A stretch of DNA of 61,920 bases, filler included, from Chiloscyllium plagiosum (lineage: Eukaryota), in the NCBI RefSeq assembly GCF_004010195.1. It is 3 parts of one record of this genome, joined end to end, with 100 filler letters (N's around TTAATTAATTAA, not from the genome) between each part and the next. Parts side by side here need not be neighbours in the genome. Positions count along the whole stretch, not along the records: positions 14,522 to 40,227 come from NC_057717.1; positions 40,328 to 61,920 come from NC_057717.1; 1 more part is not named here. One strand, given 5' to 3'. Below are positions 36,901 to 49,199 of the stretch, in pieces (the first letter of the stretch is position 1; every line of letters begins with the position of its first letter). Under the pieces are notes generated by a model. That model saw only the letters and a list, made by a program, of their open reading frames with translations, was not told where the DNA came from and ran no database searches. The position numbers and the translations under genes are program-made.

Positions 36901-37082
36901 GCTTTCCTGTTCCTGTGTAGCCATTCAGGCAGGTTGAATGACATCCTCCTGGGCTGTGTAATATACTGAAAGAGCTGAATTACTTCATTCTATATTCCTG
37001 TGTAATTCCTTAGAAGGGCAGAATGGTTTCCACCTGTCTGATTGCAATGATCCTGTCTGACTGAATGGGGTGGTCCAGAATC

Positions 37083-37385
37083 CTGTAACAGCATCGAGGG
37101 CTGGAATGAGGGAACAATCCATGGGGGAGGGACAGCAGTATACCTCTGTAACAGCCACGAGTGTTCGATTGAGAGAGCAACCCTGGGGTAGGGGTAGCAG
37201 TATATCACTGTAACAGCCTCGAGGAGTGGATTGAGGAAACAACACATGGGGTAGGGACAGCAGTATATCTCTGTAACATCCACGAGGGGTCGTTTGAGAG
37301 AACAACACATGGGGTAGGAGCAGCAGTACATCACTGTAACAGCCTCGAGGGGTGGATTGAGGGAACAACGCATGGGGTAGGGGCA
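37083..37385. repeat. 63-bp minisatellite, about 4.8 units, alternating A/B variants
   Basis: ctgtaaca starts at 37083, 37146, 37208, 37271 and 37334. Confidence 0.9.
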
Positions 37386-37574
37386 GAAGTTGGCCATTCG
37401 GCTGCACCATGCAGAATGTTCATGGCTGATTCGATTGCGTCTGACCATCCATTGCCTATCGAGTCTGAAATTCTGTTAAATAATTTCCTCAACCTCATTT
37501 TTCAGCCTTCTCCCGAGGATCCTTGATCCACTTACAAATCAAAAACATATCGATTCGTATTTTAATGACGCTAG

Positions 37575-37885
37575 TGTCTGTGCCTCTGTGTGTCTGTATG
37601 TGTGTGTGTGAGTGTGTGTGTCTGTATGTGTGCATGTGTCTGTCTGTATGTGTGTGTAGATATACATGTGTATGTTTGTCCATGTGCTTGCTATCTGCGT
37701 GTTTGCGTGTCTACATCTGTCTGTCTGTGTTTCAGTCTGTGTTTCTGTGTTTGTGTCTATTTGTATGTGACGTATATGTGTTAATACGTGTGTCAATGCC
37801 TATCTCCTTGTACGTATTGTGTGTGTTCGTATATTGGAGTGTTTAGCGATATATCTGTGTATTTTTGTGTCTGCGTTTCTGTGCA
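37575..37885. repeat. Degenerate (TG)n low-complexity tract
   Basis: Directly visible; it produces spurious Cys/Val and His/Thr-rich ORFs. Confidence 0.9.
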
Positions 37886-38389
37886 GTGAGGTATCTGTGC
37901 TTTTCAATGGAAGTGGAAGGACTGCTGTTGGAACTGCCAGTGGGTTTAAAGTGAGAATTGTCTTTCACTGAATATTGCTCCTTAATCGGTCGGTGGGACA
38001 TGGATGTTTCACAATCTCCACACGAGGTGTTCTGTTCCTCTTTGGCACTTTCAGAGTCCTCCCACATGGTAGGGGGAGGGGATGACGGAACGGATATCGG
38101 GCACTCTAAAACTCGGATTGGCCCTTTCTGTCCTATTCCAGGATGTTTCTCCTGGAATGGGAGAAAGGGAGGGAGGGCGAGTGGGAATGGGTGACCCAGC
38201 TGTTAGTGTTGCTGTAGGTGGAGGTGTTGTGAGGTGTTTGGAATGAGTCATCGACAGTTTAGAATCCATATAGTATTGTTAGTGTGGGAAGTATTGCGTA
38301 GGTGACAGAGAAATTGAGGAAGAAAATTACTGAATTCAATAGTGAGACTGATAGTGCCTGAGTCTTATTTGGAGATAGAGTGTTTCTTC

Positions 38390-39255
38390 ACTGTCCTGTC
38401 TACCTCTGAATCAACTTTCAGAGAACCATGCACCTGAATTCCAAGGTCCCTCTGTTCCACTACACTCCTTAGGAACCAACCATTCACCATGAAACTCCAA
38501 ATTGATTTGAGTTTCTAAAATGCTAGAACTTACAATGATCTATATTAAAATCGATTTGCCATTTCTCAGCCCACTTCCCCAGCTGATCAAGGTACTGCTG
38601 TAATTTCTGAAATTTCTGAAAGCTTTCATCACTCTCCATGATGCTGCCTATTTTAGTGTCATTGTCAAACTTACAAATCATGCCTCTACATTCTCATCTA
38701 AAACATAGATATATGTAATATGTAATTTTTCCAGCACCAATCCGTGAGGCATTCCAATAGCCACAGGCCTCCAGTCTAACAAGCATTCTTCCAGGCTTGC
38801 ACTTTGCTTCCTACCATCAAGGCAATTTTGTATCTAATTTGTCAGCCCCACTCAATTCCATGTGATCTAACCTTCCAGAGTAGGGTACCTTGTGGAACTT
38901 TATTGAAGGCCTTACTGGAATCAATCGAGACTACGTATACCACCCTGCCCTCCTCAACGTTGCTGGTCACTACATCAAAGAACTCCAACAAATGTGTGAG
39001 TCATGGTGTGCCATGCACAAAACCGTGCTGGCTTTGATGAAGGGCTTTTGCCCGAAACATCGACTTGCCTGCTCCTCGGATGGTACCTTACCTGCTCTGC
39101 TTTTCCAGCACTATTATAATATTTCTCCGAATCACACACTGTCATTCCAAATGCATGTATATTTTATCTATCAGAATCTTTTCGAGTAACTTACCTATTA
39201 GAGTTTAGGTTTACCGGTCTTTAGTTCCCAGGATTTTCTTCGTAGCCTTTCTTGA
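38390..39255 (-). mobile_element. Old CR1 RT fragment with a small Penelope-like insert (about 39033-39115); apparently resumes at 40328-40905
   Basis: Reverse complement of cagcacggttttgtg / gccttcaataaagttccaca (QHGF, KAFNKVP). tgatgaagggcttttgcccgaaac at about 39035. Confidence 0.7.
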
Positions 39256-40227
39256 ATAGTAGAATTACAGCGGTGGAAAGGCCGATGGATGAAGACTCTC
39301 CATATGAGGTAGTTTGGGCTGAGGTTAGGAATAGGAAAGGTGAGGTCACCCTGTTAGGACTTTTCTACAGGCCTCCTAATAGACCTAGAGATGTAGAAGA
39401 AAGGATTGCGAGGATGATTCAGGAGAAGAGTGAAAGTAATAGGGTGGTTGTTATGGGGGACTTTAACTTTCCAGGTATTGACTGGGACAGCTATAGCTCG
39501 AGTTCGTTAAATGGGTCGGTGTTTGTCCAATGTGTGCAGAAGGGTTTCCTGACACAATATGTAGAAAGGCCAACAAGAGGTGAGGCCATGCTGGATTTGG
39601 TTCTGGGTAATGAACCAGGCCAGGTGTTAGAATTGGAGTTAGGTGAGCACTTTGGGGACAGTGACCACAATTCGGTGACTTTTACTCTAGTGATGGAGAG
39701 GGATAAGTGTGCACTGCAGGGCAAGAGTTATAGCTGGGGGCAGGGAAATTATGATGCGGTGAGGCACGACCTAGGATGCGTGGCGAGGAAAAGTAGGCTT
39801 CAATACATGGGCACAATTGATATGTGGAGCTTGTTCAAGGAGCAACTATTGAGTGTCCTTGATAAGTATGTACCTGTCAGGCTGGGAGGAAAGGGTCGTG
39901 TGAGGGAGCCGTGGTTTAATAAGGAATTGGAATCCCTTGTTAAATGGAAGAGGGCGGCCTATGTAAAGATGAGGCGGGAAGGATCAATTGGGGTGATTGA
40001 GAGTTATAAGGTGGCCAGGAAGGATCTGAAGAGAGAGCTAAGAGCAGCAAGGAAGGGACATGAAAGGTCCTTAGTTGGTAGGATTAGGGAAAACCCTAAG
40101 GCTTTCTATAGGAATGTCAGGAATAAAAGAATGACTAGGGTAGGAATAGGTCCAGTCAAGGATAGTAATGGGAAGTTGCGTGTGGAGGCTGAAGAGATTG
40201 GGGAGACACTGAATAAATACTTTTCGT
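39256..40227 (+). mobile_element. Young CR1 ORF2 fragment: uninterrupted APE endonuclease and linker, truncated by a gap
   Basis: About 325 open codons with FYRPPN, VVMGDFNFP, PTRGEAMLDLVL, GDSDHN, REPWFN and ENPKAFY. Confidence 0.92.
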
Positions 40228-41594
40228 NNNNNNNNNNNNNNNNNNNNNNNNNNNNNNNNNNNNNNNNNNNNTTAATTAATTAANNNNNNNNNNNNNNNNN
40301 NNNNNNNNNNNNNNNNNNNNNNNNNNNCTTGAACTCTAACTATCTCACTTATAAAGGCCTCCCAATTATCGGAGATCAGTTTATGTATAAACAAACTTTT
40401 CCCATCAACCCTGCAAGATCGTGCCTACTTCTGTTAAAGTTCGTCTTAGCCCACTTTATAAGTGAACCTATGTACCAGTATTATCACTCTCCAAAATTGT
40501 TTTGAAATTAACACAACCATGTTCACTGGTCCCAAAGTGCTCCCCCACTGTCACCTTAGTCACCTATCCTTCGTTATTCCACAAAAATAGTTCACCTTTT
40601 GCCCCTTTTGCACGTAGGACCCCTTATTAAATGCTTGAGGAAACATTCCTGAACACACGTAGCAAATTCCACTCCATCTAAGCCTGTACGCTCTGGCAGT
40701 CCCATTCTATGTTAGAAACATTTCAATCTCCAATGATTGCAACCGTATTGTTTCTGCAAATCTCCCCTGTCTCCCTGCATAGTTGTTCCACTAATTCCCT
40801 ATTTAGGGGTCAATAGTACAAACCCAATAACGTTACCAACCCCTTCTAATTTCTTAGCTCCACCTAGAAAGCCTCACTGGATGAATCTTCAGTTATTTCA
40901 TATCTGATTACTGCTGTAAAACCTTATCAATTTCCCAAAATATATTTCACTTGCTAACAAAATTTTGATAGTAGACTCTAACAGATTTCCTGCACTGACG
41001 TTAGGCTGACTGTTCCGTCCATCACTGTTTTGTTTTCCTCTCTCTGTCATGTTAAACAGTAAAATTGCATTTCCCACCATCCAATCTGCAGGAACTGCTC
41101 CAGACCCACTGGAATGTTGGAAGAAGGCGACAATTGACCATGTATTTCCAGGCATCTGTTGACCTAAACAATCAGAAATGTCGGCCTAAAGTGTTTAAAA
41201 GTTTACGCTAAGCCAACACCTTCATACCAAAAATCAGTCGAGTGAAGAAACCTAGTTTTTTGCTGTGCCCCGGAGTAAATCTTCTGGTTTTTTTTCATAT
41301 ACAGCAATAAATTACCTGTGACTTGTTTTTTGATTCTCTATTTAAAATATGATCAGCTTTTTGAGTTTTGGTGTGAACGCATTCACATTGTTTTACAATT
41401 TTTGCTCACTTACTGAATCTGTCTATTTCACATATCTTCCTTATGTTCTTAACATAGTTTGTTTTCTTGTGTATCAGCTTCTACCTTGTGCAATGGCATG
41501 TCATCCAAACTTTCATCATCAATTTGGTTGTTTTGCAAATATACGAATACTAACGTATCCTTTGACAAGATGTCTCACAGCAGGCTCAAAATGC

Positions 41595-42735
41595 ATTCTA
41601 TGCAGTCAAAACTCTCTGTGTAAAGAACCTACCACCGACGTCCCCTCTATACCTAATATCTTAAAACAATGAAGCCACATGTCAGTCAATCCTGCCCTAG
41701 GGAGAGGTCTCTGGCTATTGACTCTATCCATGCCTCTCATTACCTTGCATACCTCGATCAGGTCACCACTCTTCCTCCTTCTCCCAGAGAGAAATGTCTG
41801 CGCTTCATCAACCTGTATCCATAAGGCAAGCCCTCCAGTCCAGTCAGTATTTTGATAAACCTTCTGTGCACCCTCTCCAATGCCTCTGTCTCTTTTCTNN
41901 NNNNNNNNNNNNNNNNNNNNNNNNNNNNNNNNNNNNNNNNNNNNNNNNNNNNNNNNNNNNNNNNNNNNNNNNNNNNNNNNNNNNNNNNNNNNNNNNNNNN
42001 NNNNNNNNNNNNNNNNNNNNNNNNNNNNNNNNNNNNNNNNNNNNNNNNNNNNNNNNNNNNNNNNNNNNNNGACTTGTAGAGCTGCAGCAAAACCTTGCAG
42101 CTCTTAGTCTCAATCCCCCTATTAATGAAAGCCAAAACAGTACTTGCTTTCTTAACAGCCTATCCACTTGGGGGACAACTTTAAGGGGTCTACATACTTG
42201 AACACCAAGATCCATCTGTTCCTCCACACAGCCAAGAAACCTGTCTTTAATCCTATATTCAGTATGCGAGTTTGAACTTCCAAAATGCATCACTTCGCAT
42301 TTATCCAGGTTGAACTCCATCTGCCATTTCTCAGCCCAGCTCTGCATCCTGTCTATGTCACACTGCAGGCTGCAGTAGCCCTCTATACTAAACGACGACA
42401 CCTCCAATCTTTGTGTCATCTGCATATTTACTAACTCACCCCTCAACCTCCTCATCCAAGTCATTTATAAACATTAGAAAGAGCAGAGGCCCAAGAACAT
42501 CCAAGTCATTTATAAACATTAGAAAGAGCAGAGGCCCAAGAACAGAGCCCTGCGGGAACTCACTGAACACTGACCTCCAGGCAGAATGCTTTACATCTAC
42601 AACCACTGTCTGCCTCCTGTCAGCCAAACAATTCTGAATCCAGATAACAAGATCTCCCAGTAACCCATACCTCCTGATTTTATGAATGAGTCTAACATAT
42701 AGAACCTTATCAAAAGTCTTGATGAAGTCCATAAC
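41595..42735 (-). mobile_element. 5'-truncated CR1 (RT to tail) with a perfect 45-bp internal duplication at 42453-42544
   Basis: MDFIKTFDKV...PQGSVLGPLLFLMFINDLD-VLGPLLFLMFINDLDEE; WAEKWQMEFNLDKCEVMHFG. Confidence 0.88.
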
Positions 42736-42784
42736 GTGAAGTGTGAATTGACTTGGAAATCCTCTTTCACTATTATCTTATAAT

Positions 42785-43330
42785 TATCAGTTGGCAGTTA
42801 GGAAGGCAAATGCAACACTTGCGCTTACTCCGAGAGGGTTAAATTACAAGAGCATGAATGCATCGCTGAGGTTGTATAAAGGCTTGTTGAGGCTGCAGTT
42901 GGAATATTGGCAGCAGTTTTGGGCCCCTTAGCAAAAGAAATATATACTGGTCTTAGAGGGGTTCTAGAGGAGATTTACAAGAATGAAGAAGGGCTTGGTA
43001 TTGAGGAGGATTTGAGGATTCTGGGTGTGTACTCGATGGAGTTTGGAAGAATGAGGGTAGGGTCTGTTTGAAATGTAGAGAGTACTGAGGGGTCTTGAAA
43101 AAGTGAATGTCTAAAAGATATTTTCACTACTAGGTCAGATTAGAATCCGAGGGCATAGACTGAGAGTGAAGGCATGATCCTATAGAACTGAGATGGGGAG
43201 GAATTCCTTCAGCCAGTGAGTGTTGAACCTGTGTGACACATTGCTGCAGAATGCTATGGAGGCCAAGTCCTTTTGTGTATTTAAGACAGATAGATCTTTT
43301 CTTGATTCAGAAGGGACTGCGTATGAGAGA
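42785..43330 (+). mobile_element. Old CR1 3' fragment
   Basis: cagttggcagttaggaaggcaaatgca...agaactgagatggggaggaattccttcagccag. Confidence 0.7.
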
Positions 43331-43372
43331 GTGAGATCTATATGCTTGTTCACATGCAAACAGGATTGATTC

Positions 43373-43665
43373 AGGGAAAAAGCTGAAAATGTGTTGCTGG
43401 AAATGCGCAGCAGGTCAGGCAGCATCCAAGGAGTAGACGAATCGACGTTTTGGGCAGAAGCCCTTCTTCAGGAATGAGGAGAGTGTTCCAAGCAGGCTAA
43501 CATAAAAGGTAGGGAGGAGGGACTTGGGGGAGGGGCATTGGAGATGCGATAGGTGGAAAGAGGATAAGGTGAGGGTGATAGGCTAGAGAGGGGGTGGGGG
43601 CGGAGTGGTCGGGAAGAAGATTGTAGGTCAAGAAGGCGGTACTGAGTCCGAGGGTTGGGATACAG
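43373..43665 (-). mobile_element. Penelope-like terminal repeat with a mutated hammerhead motif
   Basis: Reverse complement attcctgaagaagggcttctgcccaaaacgtcgat (43441-43475); homologous to 14522-14815. Confidence 0.75.
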
Positions 43666-43929
43666 GGATAGTTTGATTGCGTAAGAGAGATAGAGATAGT
43701 GAGATTTTGTATGATGGAAAGATAGCAAGATTGTGTTTGACAGTCAATGAGATTTTGCATGATGTAGTGAGATTATGCAAGACAGAGAAAGTGAGACTGC
43801 ATGAGAGAGATCATGAGATTTTGTATGAGTGACAGAGAGAGAGAAAGACAGAGAGAGTGAGGTTGTTTTTGAGCGAGGCATAATGGGATTGTGTGTGAGG
43901 GGCAGAATGAAAGCTCGTGAGGTTTTGTT

Positions 43930-45585
43930 TTCATTTATTCATTCTGTTGGCTGACTGTCATATATTGCCCGTCTCTATTTGCCCTTGAGAAGGTGGTAGT
44001 GAGCTTCCTTCTTGCACCGCTGCAGTCCAACTGCTGTGTGTTGAGCCACACCAATATATTTCTCAGGCAGGTCGATTAGTGGCTTGGAGAGGAACTTGAA
44101 GGCGGTGGTGTTTTCATATATCTGCTGTCCTTGTCCTTCTAGGTGGAAGTGGTCATAGATTTGGATCGTTGTTGAATTTCTCCAGTATATCTTGTAGATG
44201 GCGCACACTGTTGCTAGCGAGTGTCTGTGGTGGGGGGACTGGATGCTTGTGGGTGCGGTGTCAATCAAGCTGAGCTGCTTTCTCCTGGATGGTGTCAAGC
44301 TTCTTGAGTGCATTTGATGCTGCACCTATCCAGGCAAGCAGGGAGTCCGCAGATGACTTACTCGCCACAGTATTTCTGGCCTTGGACTTGCTCTTCTGGC
44401 CACTGTGGTTAGTCCAGTGAGTTTCTGATTTATGATAACCCCAGGATATTGATAGTGGGGAATTCAGTGATGGTAACACCATTCAATTCCAAGACATGCT
44501 GGTTAGACTATCTCTTAATAGTGATGGTCATAGCTTGGCATTTGTGTAGCATGAATGATACTTGCCCCTTGTCAGCCCAAGCCTGGATATTATCCAGATC
44601 TTGGTGCACTTGAACATGTTCTGCTTCAGTACCTGAGGAGTCATGATAGGTGCTGAACATTGCACAATCATTGGCGAACATCCCAATTCTGACCTTAAAA
44701 TGGAGGGGAGGTCATTGATGAAGCAGGTGAAGATGGTTGGACCTAGGACACTACCCTGAGATACTCCTGCAGAGATTTCCTGGAGCTGAGATGACTGAAC
44801 TCCAACAACCACAATCATCTATCCATGTGTCGGATGTGATTCGAACAAGTGGAGAGGTGTTTCCCTGATACACATTGATTCCAGTTTTGCCAGGGCTCCT
44901 AGATGCCACACGCAATTGAATGCTGCATTGATGTCAAGGACTGTCACTCTCACCTCCTCTCTGGAATTCAGCTCTTTTTTCCATGTTTGACCCAAGGCTG
45001 GCATGAGATCAGGAGCAGAGAGGCCTTGGTGGAACGCAAACTGGTTGTCACTGAGCTGGTTATTGCTGAGCAGCTGTTGCAGGATTACACTGTTGATTAC
45101 TTCTTCCTGCACGTTACTGATGACCAAGAATAGACTGATTAAAGGGAATTATCTGGGTTTAATTGGTACTGGTTTGCATGTGCAGGATATACCTGGACAA
45201 TTTTCCGTATTGTTGGCTAGATGCCAGTATAACTTCTCTGGAATAGCTTGGCTCGGGAAACAGAAAGTGTTGAAGCACAAATCTCCAGCATTATTGCTGA
45301 CCATTACCAGGGCCTATAGCCTTTGCCTCCAACCATTTCTTGACAACACGTGCAGTGAATCGAATTGGCTGAAGACTGGTATCTGTGATGCTGGGGATCT
45401 TTGGAGGAAACCGAGATTAATCATCCATTTCCGAATAAATATTACAGCAAAAATGTTCAGCCTTATCTTTTATGGTAATGTGCTGGGCCCTTCCATCATT
45501 CAGGATGCAGATACTCGTGGAGCCTCCTCCTCCAGCGAGTTGTTTAGTCTTCCACCACTATTCATGATTGGATACGATAGGACTC
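43930..45585 (-). mobile_element. 3' half of the same CR1/L2-group LINE family as 1-3065
   Basis: GVSQGSVLGPTIFTCFINDLP, VTVLDINAAFNCVWH, LKKLDTIQEKAA. Confidence 0.85.
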
Positions 45586-45589
45586 ATTG

Positions 45590-46460
45590 AGTATCAGAAA
45601 GGAAGAGTGAAATTGTTCGTCAGAGAGATAGAGAGATAGTCAGTTTGTGCATGAGAAAGCGTTTGTGAATGTGCAGGATGAAGAGAGAGAGAAGTAGTGA
45701 GATTGTGTGAGAGCTTGATTAGCATCTCTGTCTGTCTATCTAGATCTATCTATTCTGTGTGCATCTACCTGTGTTCCTATATATCAATATATGAACAAAC
45801 ACACATAATTTGTGGAGAGGTCAAATGTATGCGTATGAGAGAAGAAATTAGCATGATTGAGTATCAGAAAGTGATCGTGAGATTACATATATGACAGAGA
45901 TAGTGAGATTGTGTATGAGAGAGAAACGAAGTGAGATTGAATATAAAATAGAATGAAATTTGGTTTGAGAAAGTCATTGTGTATGAAAGACAGATTGAAT
46001 ATGAGAAAGAGATAGCGAGATTGTGTACACGAGAGAGAAAGAGACAGTGAGATTGTGAATAAGAGAGAGATAGCTAGATTGAGTATGAGTGAGAGTCTGC
46101 ATAAGAGAATGTGGTCATGAGGTTGTGCATGAGTGGGAGGGAGAGAGAGATTCTACATGAAACAGAGATAGTGACATTGGGTATAAGAGGAAAAAAATGA
46201 GATTGTGCAGGAGAGGAGGACAAAGTGTAAATGTGTATGAGAGATTCCTAATAAGATTATACATGATAGAGAGTGAGATTTTACATTAGAGATGGAGAAT
46301 GGGATTATGCCGGAGAGAGAGATTGTAAGATTTTGCTTGCAAGAGAGGGGCGACAAAGAGAGATGGACAGACATGGAGAGAGAGAGAGAGAGAGTTTATG
46401 CATGTGGAAGAGGTAGGGAAAGAGAGGTAGAGCGAGAGGGAGGGATAGAGAGGGACAGTG
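45590..46460. repeat. Degenerate purine-rich simple repeat (gagagatagtgagattgtgtat-like); similar tract at 43670-43920
   Basis: Recurrent gagattgtg/gagattg motif separated by GA runs. Confidence 0.75.
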
Positions 46461-46639
46461 ATATCGTCTACGAGAAATGTTCCTCTCCTCCTGCCCAGTC
46501 AGCGACCCTGAGATGCTCCAGTATCACACACCATATTGGAATCAAGTGTTCTGTTTGGGAGCACAAAACAGAACATGGAATTAGGACGTGTTCGTGTGAT
46601 GGTCATAAGATCCATGAATTTGACGGATAATCAGAACAG

Positions 46640-46945
46640 AACAAAGAATGCATAGAAAAAGGCTGTACGGACCAAAGGGCTCACACCGACCTTCTAAAGA
46701 GCATCTTACCTAGACACCTGTAATTCCGCATTTCCCATGGCGATTCAACCTACACCCCAGAATTCTATGGACAATTTCCCACGGCCAGTCCAGCTAACCT
46801 GCACAACTTTGTATTGTGAGAGGAAACTAGAGCACCCAGTGGAAAAACACGCAGACACGGGGAGAACATGCAGTCTCCATACAGACAGATTTCTGGGAGT
46901 AGAATCATCTGGCGTGGTGAGATGATGGTGCTAACCACTGAGACA
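46640..46945 (-). mobile_element. Degenerate HE1-like V-SINE (mirror copy at about 61180-61490, +)
   Basis: aggaaactagagcacccagtggaaaaacacgcagacacggggagaacatgcagtctcca. Confidence 0.75.
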
Positions 46946-46959
46946 TCTTTACTCGCTAC

Positions 46960-47580
46960 CTACCACTGTGGAGTGCCTATCATGGGAGTATTTCTCGGAA
47001 GAGAATGCAGATTCAGCTTTATTTTGTATCTAGCCCTACACTGTACCCGTCCAGACCTAGTTTGATGGAGACATTGCAGATAGTGAGATTAAAAGAGTAG
47101 AAGGAGCTTTAAGCTGTATCTAGTTTCATCATGGATGTTTTCTGATGTCGAAAATCTTGAGTGAGACTTACTTTAAGTATACTTTCAGTTTGAAACTGTT
47201 CAGGAACAACATATTGTATCAAACCTCTGCAGTCTACATCGTAGGAGTGTTCAATGGGGATAACATTGAGGGAGCTGGACTTAATTTTAAATGAGTACAG
47301 ATATTTATTCTCTATCTACCCTGGGCGATGCCTGTCCAGGGATTATTTGATGATGACGGTGTATGGTGTGATTACATGAATATCTAGCTCTATGTTGAAC
47401 ATGGCCGAAGGATTTGAAAATGCTGAATGTGGAGAGCGCTTTACAGTATATCTGAATCCAGGCTATATCTGTTCTAGAGTAATTGATAGATATGATAACG
47501 AGGGAACCTTATTTTCCATTTAATATTACGATAAAAGAGAGGGACATCTCCTTTGTATTTAACCAGATGTATTGTCCATG
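46960..47580. repeat. Degenerate satellite of about 68 bp (ctttactctgtatctaaccc...gggagtgtttgatgggaca...gagggag-like); mirror at about 60550-61165
   Basis: Recurrent gcttta....gtatcta and ggagt.tt..atg motifs at roughly regular spacing. Confidence 0.55.
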
Positions 47581-48174
47581 ATATGATGGATCATGCCAGA
47601 GTCATCAAAATAATTTAAGAAGGTAGTCTTGACCCTAACATTCTTATTTCAAAGACGATGTGGGGTGAATATCCCAGGAGTGATGCAGCTGGTCAAACCA
47701 CTCGGCTTTAAGCAAAACACAATGTTATTGAAATACGACAGCTGAAACAATAAGAAAACAGAATTTAGAATAACTTCATTATTTGAATACTCAAGCACCT
47801 CAGTACTGCAACTTAACGAAAGAGCTGTTCCAATTCCTGTAACATCCCATAAACACACCATTTGGTGAAAGGTAAATGTAAACAAGGACTTTACAGGCAG
47901 GAGAGATTTCTGAGAGAAACATCAGTCAGGGATCATTTACTGAAGCATGGAACCTGTTTCAGCTGCAACAGCTTCTGTGCCTGCTATCGACAGCTTCTCT
48001 GTTACAAATAAACCAAATCAAAACAAAAACATGAACTGGTCGAACTGGCCACTCCTCTACCATGGTTCAACTGGGCTCTTTCTGACACATTTTGACATCT
48101 CTGCCGTTACAATTTCTCATTTACAATAAAACCCAAGGACAAAATAACCTTCTGAAAGTGCCAGCATTATTTCA
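47580..48174 (-). mobile_element. Probable solo LTR (mirror at about 59962-60549, +)
   Basis: The mirror copy starts TGTAATAATGCTGGCACTTT and ends near ...atatCA, with a composition like the LTR at 32090. No clear TSD. Confidence 0.4.
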
Positions 48175-49199
48175 CTGACCTAAGAGTGTTTGATAGATTG
48201 GTTAAAGCAATGCAGAAAATATTTACGTAGAAAATTCCATTTGTTTCCAAACCCAGACAGTTGTTTAGTTCAATTTTACGATGAGAATATAATGAAAAGA
48301 GTGAGCAAATCACAATGAGGGACTTTTAAATGCTCAGTCTGGTCACTGTTTGGATACTGACATTGTGGAGCTGACGTACACTCGATATGGTTTTTGAGAG
48401 TTCGATGTAAGACGCCATGTGCTGCAGGAGTCCATCAAATTTAGAACATCTTGAGGGGGATTGGGTCCAAGGTGCAGAATTATATAGCTTTGATGACACA
48501 CTTGAAGTCATCAGCAGCGATAACATTGCATGACATGGTTGTTGGCAGGTCATTTATACAAATGTTGAAGTGCATTTAGACCAGAATGGAGCACTGTGAT
48601 AGTCCTTTGAACAGGCTGTCTCATGCATTTCCTTGTTGTTTCGGGCTGTTTCTATTGTAAGGGATAGTGTGAATAACAGTCCAGCTCAAGTTTGGAAGAA
48701 CTCTGGACAAACTTAGTAGATAGTCAGTATTTTGCAGATTGTAGTGGTGAGGTGTGGAGCATTGTTTCTGAATCCAGGTTTTGTTTTTTAAAAAAATGTC
48801 ATGTGCAGGAGATTTCCTGACTGCCAGGTGGTAAATTCACTGATCTGAAGATGTTTACTACAGTCACTGAGTTGTATAATAATTAGGTGTGTACTCTAGT
48901 AATTTAATTTTTGTTCACTTCAATTATTTATAACTGAGAAGCAATGATGTTTGGTTAATTTTCAAATGCATAAGACATAAAGTGATAGCAACGCTCTATG
49001 ATACAAAATGTAAATGTGACTTGCCATATATTTCAAACAGACGAATCAAGCAACACTCAGGTACTGTCTGTAAAGCAGGATTCTGTGAACAGGACTATGA
49101 CTCCGGCAACATCATCATACTCTCTGTCCCACTGACAGGAAACAGTCAGGCAGAGGGGGGCATATGTTTATAATATTAGTATAAATATATTCAACAGAG

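Noticed and set aside
37495..37846. Cys/Val-rich and His/Thr-rich ORFs
   Set aside because: Translations of a degenerate (TG)n tract.
41483..41600. LRR-like peptide (VYLQNNQIDDESL) on the minus strand
   Set aside because: The nucleotide sequence fits a decayed CR1 KFADDTKIGG region better, and there are no neighbouring LRR exons.
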